NCBI GenBank assembly: GCA_037379345.1
Contig: CM074520.1
Span: forward strand, 3,782,001 to 3,846,000
Reading direction: 5' to 3'
Source of the DNA: Perna viridis
Taxonomy: Eukaryota
Length of the DNA: 64,000 nucleotides
Numbering within the stretch: position 1 is the first letter of the stretch; each line of letters starts with the position of its first letter. This document shows, piece after piece, positions 54,271 through 64,000 of this stretch. The notes under the pieces were generated by a model. The model did not search any database and was not told the DNA's origin. It worked only from the letters and a program-made list of their open reading frames with translations. The translations under genes were made by a program, and so were the position numbers.

Positions 54271-55967
54271 GTAGGTAGTTGTACATGTCTGCCTGAAATC
54301 TTGTAATATTACATAATCTGTTTGGATTTTACCTTGTGTTCTTTGTAATAACTTAGTAGGAGAAAGATTGGAGTTTTATTGAAGGTTAGTCTTTTTTGAG
54401 AAGTATGTTATTGAGCTTTATCTTCCGAATGAAAAAGTATTGTAAGCCTATCATAAGCTTCCTTTATCTACCAAGATCCTGAATATTGCTTTAAGATATA
54501 AAGATAACTGTCAATATACATTTATCAATTTATATTGCAAAACATTAGGTCAATCATTGTTTATCTGTGAAAGTTTTGCAGGTTTGGTTCTGCAGATCAT
54601 CTTGTGTTGAATTTTTGACTTTTCTTGGTTTTGCATCTAAACTTGACAATGCATCCATTTTGCTAAGTTGACGAAAAAATTGTTGACAGTCCTACAAGTT
54701 GATAAAGTAGACTTTTTTTAGTTATCCATTAATTTCTGTGGGAATTAAAATTGTAAAAAAGGCATGTGATTAAATAAAGCTTTTTTTAATTGAATGTGCA
54801 TTTAACTGAAATACCTAGCATGAATACATGTCTGCTTACTTACAATGGTTGATAAATTGTATATCATTAAAATCTTAACAATGTCTTTTTAAATGTTTAA
54901 TTAATGTAATGACATGTTTTACCTGTCAGCACAGGTATAGAATTTTGAACATTTGGCCAGGTATTCAATACACATTAATTTCTGAATATGGGCAGCAAAC
55001 AAATTGATACTTAGCTGTCCTTAATGACAAATTGTATTATTTTCCCTGGGATGTTTACTGGTCATTAATAGAAATAACAAATAGGCTATATTAAAAATTT
55101 TCTGTTTTTATAGCACCATGCAAAGTTATAACAAAATCCATGTTTTCTAATCAGACACGATTTCCAACATTCAAAAACCAAAAAAAATTGTGCATGCTTT
55201 ATGACTAATAAGCATTTTACATGCACTAAACTTGTATCTTTACATATTAGATATGACACCTCCTGTCAAGCGCTTAGTTGAAGTAGAATTTAATCTCAAT
55301 GGGGACAGTAATGGCTTGTAAAGTCAGTTTTCCATGACATGTACATCATGTTTAAATATATTTGTTGGTGGTGAATGAAGCATTGTTTTAGGCCACTTAG
55401 CATACATTTTATGTCAAGATTAAGAATTTGCATTTCATTTCATACATTGAACAAGATATTTTTGATGATATTTTGTCATCTTTTGTACTTCATTGTTTAT
55501 CTCCATAAGTATACTTCTACTATATCCATTTCAATCACTGTAAAACATTAGTTCCAATAAGTTTTAATAAATATTGACTATTCAAATCTTAGAAATATGA
55601 GAGTGCATTGAAATGCTATGAAATCTTCAAGTCTTGAAAACTTAGGCAAGCCTGAACTTTATATAATGTACTGAAACAATTTAAAGTATTTGAGGGGGAG
55701 TGATTGATATCCTTGTAATAGATTTGTATGCAATCAATAAAATCTGATTAAAAATGTCTCTTTCTACTACAAGTACTTTGAACATGGAGACATGATAGAA
55801 ACACGAAGATTACAGAGATGTTTTTAGAAAGCACTTTGTAACCTTTTCAATGTAACTTTAAAAAAAAGAATTGACATGCTGATTATGATTACATGGCCTT
55901 ATAAGGAGGTTTATGACTACTTGGTCTCTAAAGCTATTTACATTAACTTTATATTTCCTCTTTTCAG

Positions 55968-58900
55968 TGGTTCTCGATCCAGAAGTCAACACCAACATCA
56001 TCATAAAGAACCTTCCCCTTCAATCAGTTCATCTACTGATGCCAGTCTTCACTCGTACCATACAGTAGACAGTAAGGAGGTGAAGGAGGGCACCAGTAAA
56101 CAGTATGACAGCGGAAACAGCCAACTACCAATGGAACAAGTGACTACACCAACGACTAAAGTCAAAGAATGGCCCACAATGGCTGATCTGTCTCAACAAA
56201 GACAAAAACAACATAACAGTAACCATGGTTACTTTAATTCAAATCTGTCTCCATCAAAATCTTCACCAAATCTTGATAAGGAAGAAGCATATAATACAAG
56301 AACTGTGAATTATTCTTCTCCGTTGATGAATAAATCTAGTCCAAATATCCATGACGATGTACGAAAATCATCCTCATCTTCATTGAACACATCTAATCAA
56401 AAGTGGTCTTCACCAAGTGCCTACCACAAATCACCGAAACCGTATTGTAACTTTTACCCTGCCTCTTCATACTCCAAACATAATTCAAATGACTATCAAA
56501 ATTTACAGGAAATACAGCAAAGCATCAACCAAAGTCCATCACATGGTTTGCCTCCACCAATAGAGAAAGAGGAATGTGAGCCAGAACTCCAAGGACTTAC
56601 GAAGGGAGATAATCGACCGTTATGTTCTCCTCCCGCACCTCCAACTAGAGATATTTCAAGTTTAAAATATGTGCCATTGACTAGTCAGAGCCATGCTAAA
56701 TATCCATCATGGCCCGTAACGCAACCAAGTGCTGATACAGAAAGTGGCGAGCCAATCAATGCTCCTCTTAGTATTTACAACGAACATAATGCAAATCAAA
56801 ACAATGTACGGTCCTTAAAGGACAGGAATAGTCCAAACTCTGATCGCAAAGCAAGTGATAGAAATGCTAGTGATCCTGGATTTAAAAAGCCTATTCCATT
56901 TGCTGTGTTTTTAAAACGACCTGATCAAAAACATGTTGAATTTGGAGGTCAGTTGGAAAATAAGAAAAAGGACAACAATGCTAAAATGGATGAATTTTTT
57001 GATAGTTTGCCTGGTTATCAACAACCGATATTTGACCAGGATGGACATCGTATTGGTGATGAAAAATATAATGTGTCTCCACCCGAACGGGAAAGTGACG
57101 GAAGGAATCCATCACGTAGGAGTAATCACAAACAAGACAGTAGATATGTTCTTCAGTATAAAGGGTATGCAGAACCTAGAGTAATAAGGGATTCTGGAAG
57201 CAACCCTATACTAAGTCCTGATCGGGACTCTAAATCGTCATATGGTAATTCATTAATTGATAAAACATCATTACAAGTCTCTACAGACAATAAGTTTACA
57301 GACAGCAGTACAAGTCCTATGCAAAGTCCAAAGCAATCTAAGCTGCCTGGAAGTAAAGAACATGTGCAAGATATTCCACCATCTAATGATCCCAAAATGC
57401 ATAGTTATATTGTCAATAAAAAGACTATGGTCTGCTTTAATACTGGCACTCAGACAGAATTTAACACACCTAAGAAAAAGTCCCCAGTGTCTCCAGGATT
57501 TAATTCACATTTTGTATTTGACAAATCACATCAAGCTATTCAAACATCTCCAGAAAGTACAAATAGAGATGATGATGTTCACAAACATTTAAAGCCAAAG
57601 GAGGGCCATGAATCTCGAACAAGACCAAAGAGCACTAGTGAAAAGGATAAACTTTTACTGAACAATATTAACTCTGAACTGGACTCTAATGACCAACATT
57701 CTGCTCCATTTATGAGAAAATTGGCTCGTGATCTCTTAGCCAATCAGAACAATGAACACAAACGACGTTCAACAAGTTCTAGCGGTGGAAGTGGTTTACG
57801 CAGTCCTAGTTCTGATTATTCTCATTATTTTGGTGAACTTAAAGAATCGGAATCATATAGCAGTGTAATAATACACGATGATATTTCGGAGGCTGACACT
57901 ATTACATCCTCTCGGCCTGATGGAGGCTATGATAAATCAAAAAGTGCTAGGCGTAGTTTGGACCCGTCAATGTTTACACAAAAATTAAATCGTAGTTTAC
58001 AGGGTAGTCGTTATGGTTCTGAGGCTCAATTATCAAGCCATAGTACTAAAGAGTATGCAACAAGTATGACTAATTTATCATATTCTGCAAGAGAGGACTC
58101 AAGACATAGAACATCACGTCCAAGTACTGACTCCTCAACACCATCACACAGAACAGGAAGTTCTACTGATACCTTTTCATCAACTGGAACTCATTACAGT
58201 TTTGATAATACACAAAGTCCTTTTGTACCATCACCAGGGCATGTGTCAGGGAGACGGGAGTCAAATGATTCTGTATTTACAGAGGATAAATCACCTTTTG
58301 AGAAAAAAGGAGACAACTTTAAAGATTTTAAATCTTCCTCAAATGAAAAGAGAAAATCGCAAAACTGGGTTGGTAGGACCCAATCTATGAAAAAAGCCTA
58401 TGGTACTTATGATGAAACTCAAATGTGGCACAAAAGACAAGAGAGTGATGGGTCTTCTGCTAGTTCTGGTGATAATCATAATGTAATACATGGTAGATCT
58501 CAGTCAGACTATTTACCCATGGATGCTATTAGAAAGCATAGTGATAAACTTCTTGGTGCAATCAATGAGGAAAGCTCAGAGGCTAGATGGCAGGATGCCT
58601 TAAGGAAGTCTCAAAGGTCAAGCCAAAGTTCATTTGATAGTGATTTAGATGTTAAGAAACATGTAAATGAAAAACTGAGAGAATATCAAACAAAAACCGA
58701 AATGGAAAGGACAAATTTGAAACGAACATCATCTGAACAGATTCGTCCAATGAAAGAAAAACTAGGAAGTAAAACTCAGTCAGAGACAAAACTTGAGGAC
58801 ACTACATTACAATCTAGAAAGGATGCAGCTAACTTGCAACGAATAAACTCTCGTGAAAGGCTTTCTCCAGCTCAGTCTCAGTCTGACTTGCATAGCCAGT

Positions 58901-59457
58901 CTGGATCTGATTCTTTCAAACTTAACAGTGGCCGTATGATATCCCCATCAAGTTCTCGTTCTGATCTACAACAAGAACAAGATAATAGAAAACCTCCATC
59001 TCCAAGTCATACTGATCTCCAGGGTTCTAGGGAAGATTTAAAACGTGTTCAGAAAAGTGCTCTTCAAAATTTTATGCTCTCAAAAACAGGTCGATTGCCA
59101 TCTGATGAAGAACAAACTCCTAGCCCTAATGACCAAATACAGAACATTCCAGAAAGGCCTACTAGGTTGACAGTCACTGAATCTTTTCGTAAGAAGTATG
59201 CTGAAGGGGATAAACTACGAAGGTCAAGGTCAATATCATCAACTGACAGTGGTAACTATACTGAAATGCGTCCACCTGTACGGCCATCTCAGACTGAGTG
59301 GTCCAGAGTCAGATCTCAAACCCGCAGGCCTCTCTCTATTGGGTCAGATTCTGGGTCAAGCTTAGTTGATCCCTATGCAGTTACACCCATAACATCATCT
59401 TCCCTGGAGCACTCAAGAACACCTAGTGATTCATTAGAGTCCCCCAGAGTTGAACAG
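55968..59457 (+). CDS. shroom: Giant internal exon (3490 nt), intrinsically disordered Ser/Pro/Arg-rich central region
   Basis: 1200-aa ORF. The true acceptor is tttcctcttttcag at 55966-55967 (phase 2) and the donor is CAG|gtaaaa at 59458 (phase 0). The ORF's first 31 and last 6 residues are largely intronic. Contains PPAPPTRD and a helical LKRVQKSALQNF segment. Confidence 0.93.
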
Positions 59458-59970
59458 GTAAAACATTATGTAATATGAAAGGATTAAGGCCCCATAGATT
59501 TTATTGCATCTATTGATTGAGTTGTCACAACCTTGAAACAAAAACAGCCTTTGTACACTTTACTTCACAAAACTTCTATAAATAACAAATTCAACATGAG
59601 TTTTTAAAAGTTCTCAGTCTTCTTTATCTGTGTCTATATATGCAGATTTACATATCATGTTCATCTCGGAGGAACAAATTGGTATCTGTGTCAAGTGATC
59701 CTAAAAATGTGTCCTAGAATTGATACTTTGAAGAATTATAGAGTGAAATATGGTGGTCAAATCATATCTTGGATATGGTTAAACAAACAAAACCATACCA
59801 GATACTAAAACTGAACAGAAAATACTAATGCCTAATTATGTGTTGAAAGGGAGATAATTCAATCACCCTTATTTAAAATTTTACTTACATAATTTTAATC
59901 TATGCAATTATGTGCTATTTTGAAAAAAGGAAACAAAAAAATGACAGAAATTGTTTAACTATTTATTCAG

Positions 59971-60014
59971 GGTACAAGGGATTCCCAGAGCAGTAGAGAC
60001 ACCACACCTCTGAG
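59971..60014 (+). CDS. shroom: Small internal exon (GTRDSQSSRDTTPL-R/S)
   Basis: Acceptor atttattcag and donor GAG|gtaggt. 44 nt, phase 0 to 2, continuing the frame of the giant exon. Confidence 0.8.
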
Positions 60015-60212
60015 GTAGGTTTCTTGTGTCACATTGTAATTATGCTACACTTCCTTAAGTATGAAGATCATGCAGTGAATCCAATCCCTTAAACACTGAA
60101 ATAACCACATCAGCTAACATATTCTTGCTCAAATTTGATTTTCTGTTTATTCATGTGGCTAAAAAACATTTTCTACCAGCAGCAGAAATGAAATTTATTA
60201 AGATAAATGTTT

Positions 60213-60311
60213 GATTGCAGGTCACATTACATGTACATGTATATTCTTTGATTGCTGGTCACATTACATGTATATTCTTTGATTCCTGGTCACATTACAT
60301 GTATATTCTTT
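60213..60311 (+). repeat. 3 x about 31-bp tandem repeat
   Basis: Unit gattgctggtcacattacatgtatattcttt. Confidence 0.85.
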
Positions 60312-60892
60312 TCTACCTTGAAACTGTATTCATATCAATATTTGAACAAGATAATGTGTATCAGGTTTATAAAATTTTGTTAAGTAAAACCATTTGTTGA
60401 CTTTGTTATAAACAATTTTGATTCTGGCAATATATTGTAAGTTGGCTGTTACTTTTTCATCATTCACTGATCTTAAATAGACATAATTTTTTGTATTTAT
60501 TTTTTACCTTCGGTTTGTTTGATAATTAACAAAGTTCAGTATTTAATATAATGTACTGTTAACCAAGTAATTTTAACAACAATTTATTTACATTGAAAAT
60601 TGTGAATATAAATTGCCCCAAAATAAGTCCTTTCATTACAGAATACATGTCAAACAGATTTTTGGTCATGGAAATGAGTGGTAGCAAAATTGCATTTATT
60701 TACTGCAACATAAAAATCAGTTGATGTATAGTATATTTCCATAAGCACATAAGAAAGGAAATTTTTCAGATTTTTTAGGGGAATTTTTTTTCAAAGTTTT
60801 CTTTCACTTTTAACAATATTGAAAGCCTGTCTAGTACCATTTAATTATTATGAAGTTACATGTTTATTTTTAAGACTCTCTTTTACACCAAG

Positions 60893-60934
60893 AAAACATG
60901 TTCCCATCATAATATCGTCACCACGGTATTCTGG
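60893..60934 (+). CDS. Candidate 42-nt symmetric cassette microexon (KHVPIIISSPRYS-G)
   Basis: Acceptor ctctcttttacaccaag and donor TGG|gtaaga. Phase 2 to 2, open frame, retains two CpGs. Confidence 0.5.
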
Positions 60935-63900
60935 GTAAGATTATTTGTTGTCAGAACTAACTAGATCATGGCTGCGGATTTTATTAACCAAGGGGGGATA
61001 ACTCTAACAGGATTTAGTGGTGGTTCTAACTTGAGTGGAATAAACTGATTTTATGCATGAAACTTATATTGATTTGATTTGTGGTGATTGACAGAATTAT
61101 TACATAAATGAAAAGACCCGCAGATAACTAGTAATAGTCAATAAACTGTTAAACTTACAGTATAGAATTATTTTTTTATTTTTTTAAACTATTGCAAGGT
61201 AAACACAACTTCATGTAATGCGTGTGTATACACAAATGATTTTTGCTTTTAAAAAAGTGGAAAATTCAGTAAGAAGAAAGTAGGAAAAAAGTAAATTGTA
61301 GTCTATAAATCTTCATGATTTATTTATAGCTCCATTGATGAATAGTGAAAATTCAAGCAACACTTAAAGATAGTTAGTTTTTAACATAGAATCTGTTTGT
61401 TTCTTTGATATCCCTAATTATATTGGTCAGTCATGTCTTACATCCCCTAATGATACCAGACAGGGAAACAAAACAATGTAGTACTCACTTTCTGTTTTAC
61501 ATATTTATGTTAATCAGGGATATTAGATGTCAACCAGTAGTTGTAATCAGGTATGGAATGTTAGGACAGGTGTACATTCTCACCTGTAAATAATTCAGGT
61601 CTTAGGGCAGGTTGAAGGATTACATTATCATTTTTGTATCATCAAACTTTGATATCTATTTAAACTTCTTTATATTCAGTGTCTGAATACATATGTATAA
61701 GATTTACCTGATAGTAGCACATTTTTTTTACAATTATAGATTCTCCTTTTTTTGTATAAATCTTAAAACCTTAATCGTTTAAAAAAAATAATGAATGAAG
61801 TACAATATAGAGGGACTTAATGTACAAAATCATCATTTACTTCAAGAAATCATGATTAAATTTTCATTTACTTTTGTGGAAAATGTTTTGTTTAGATCTT
61901 TTATCAGTTATCTCCCCTTTAAGACACTTTTACAAAGGATTTTGTGAAAAATTTGGCACATCGAGCTTATAACCTAGGGTCCATTATTGTGTTAATTGAC
62001 AGTTTTAATTGATCAAGCTCAAATGTGACAATGCTGCCATTTATGCTACAGGTACTAGGATGCATACATGTCTGTACAAATCATCCTGAGGGGACTAATC
62101 TGAATCTCCTCTACAATTAGAGGACTCTGGGCCAATTTACCCGTAGACTTCTAAACAAATAAGACAGAAAAATCAATACTGCTAATTAATGTTTAACTTC
62201 AGATGACCCTTGAATATGCTACACAAGGACTATAAGTCAAGATTCCATATCAAGGTGCCTCTTTATGATTTCACCCCATACTCCATTTCCAGACTCCATA
62301 CAATACATGATGCCCTTTGAAATGCTCCATTTCCGTAATGGTAGGAAATCATTTCAACAGGAAAATACAAGTCAAATTTGTTTATAGTCAAAAGAGGGAT
62401 TTCAGATTAGTAGATAAAAAAGTTATAGGAATAGACAGTTAAAAAGGATTAATGTAAACCTAGGCAGAAGTCAGCTATGTGTTCACTTATACCTGGTACA
62501 ATATAATTCTAATTTGATGACAAATCCACCAGAAATTCTATTATCAGTTTAATTAATGGGATTTATAAATTTATTGTCTATGATAAGGTAATTTGTCTAT
62601 TGTTGCCTTTGTGAGTTTTATCAAACATGTCAACATATATACCTAGTATTTTGTATAAACATTTTAGTGGTCTGACCTATATCTACCAATGAAGACCTGT
62701 AGAATCTGTTCATAGGATCTTAATGGTCTCAAATTGTTTAAATTCCTTACAGTGGGATGAAGGTATTTACCTAAAATCTCCTTCTGTATTCTTGTAGGAT
62801 ATCATTTAAATATTTTGACTTTTGTTGTAACATTTTTAAATTTAACATTTTGATGGATTTAATGATGATATAAAAAAGAATCATGTGAATACTCATTTAC
62901 TTAATGGAAGGTTCTTTTTTTTAATATGTTTTGTGCATAGCATAAAGGATCAGATCAAGTATCACACATCTTTCGTCAAAACTTGAATTCAGGTTATTTC
63001 CTTTTTGTAGAATGAATAAAGGGGGAGTCCAAGATAGCCCTGCCTAATAAAACTTGAAAATAACAAATACTTTGAAAAACAAGTTATTATACAAAACTTT
63101 CAAACTATTTCATTTGTGATGTCCACAGATATGTAATAGGTCATCAGTTAAAAGACAAGTAGTCCAGTAGGCACTTAAAGAATACTAAATTCACCTTCAA
63201 ATTCATTTTTTTTTATTTTGTCATTAGGATTCCTCCCACAAAAACAAACACAAATTATTAAGCCTGTTATATATTGATCCAAAACGTCCCATTTATAACT
63301 ATGCCCTTATAATACATGTTCATGGATAAAACATAGCATTTTATAACAACATCTGTTCAATCTCATGTAATGTTCATAAACTGTAGAAATCAATGATATT
63401 TTCCTGCTATTTTCATATCAAATCCTGCAAGCTAGATGCAGTATATAGATTACAAATCCTAACCTCAGATGTATATTCTAGATTTATCTCCTACCACAAT
63501 GATTACTATCATATCTGAGATTTTCTATTAAATTAATAGATCCATCACATTTAACTGCACGTGCAGAAAATCTCAAATTTATAGAAAAATAAGTTTTATA
63601 AAATTTATACCCCCATTTTTTACCCCAAATTCCTATTTATCTTCACTGAAAGGTTTTAAAGATATTCATTTATCCCTTAAATCAACATAGATATATTTAC
63701 ATGTTTCTTTTGTTATGAAGAGAGTCTTGTATAATGTTTTATGAATTTTTGTACCTATTTATAACATTTAAACCAGATCAGGTAGTATTTCAATTTTCAA
63801 GGTACTTTTAGCCATTTTTTGGGATAGTGGAAGTCATTTAGAGTGTGTGTATTTCATAAGTTCAAAAGGAATGTAAAAAATGATGGAATATGGTGGTTTA

Positions 63901-64000
63901 ATGTATTGTAGTACATTATTAAATATGATTGCCCTCGGGGAGCCTCTGGCTTGTCATTAGTTGTATGAGGTAAGGTGCCGTGTTCAGCCAGGTATAGTTT

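Larger units (their letters stand above)
2295..60934 (+). other. shroom: Partial multi-exon Shroom-family gene (PDZ - long disordered Ser/Pro region - ASD2 expected downstream of the window)
   Basis: Chain of GT-AG exons with compatible phases (0/2, 2/2, 2/0, 0/2, 2/2). The PDZ half-exon resembles the second PDZ exon of vertebrate SHROOM2/3 (IxEGxKA...L..GD.++.+N...EA+.L+KG...TL.L.+.R). It is followed by one giant Ser-rich exon, as in SHROOM genes. ASD2 is not in the window, so the family call is not definitive. Confidence 0.72.

Noticed and set aside
56933-58390. Alternative-frame and antisense ORFs inside the giant exon
   Set aside because: Short shadow ORFs expected within long coding sequence.
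55876-59478. 1200-aa ORF as a complete single-exon gene
   Set aside because: The N-terminal about 31 residues are AT-rich intron ending in a clear pyrimidine tract and AG, and a donor precedes the stop. It is an internal exon.

Overview
This is AT-rich eukaryotic (animal) genomic DNA. The repeat content and the very frequent TACATGTA palindrome suggest a bivalve mollusc, which is inference. Almost the whole window lies inside one large + strand gene that looks like a Shroom-family actin/ROCK adaptor. Its exons are the C-terminal half of a PDZ domain (2295-2443), a 177-nt exon (31631-31807), a 3.49-kb Ser/Pro-rich exon (55968-59457) and two small exons (59971-60014, 60893-60934). All splice phases are mutually compatible. 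The first PDZ exon and the expected ASD2 exons lie outside the window. The long introns are strongly CpG-depleted. They hold up to seven ATG-initiated candidate alternative first exons, each ending in a phase-2 donor, which would give PDZ-less isoforms with different N-termini. Two exons have their 3' end plus splice donor tandemly amplified. Mobile DNA includes four 5'-truncated copies of a Penelope-like retroelement whose ORF stops right after the RT thumb (Naiad-type or EN-less architecture). Its 3' UTR carries a 101-nt predicted pseudoknotted RNA that is not a hammerhead, and three of the four copies adjoin tandem repeats. There are also two TTAA-flanked Kolobok-like MITEs, a Crypton-like hairpin element, TA-flanked MITEs and several minisatellites. 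Most short ORFs in the supplied track are spurious.
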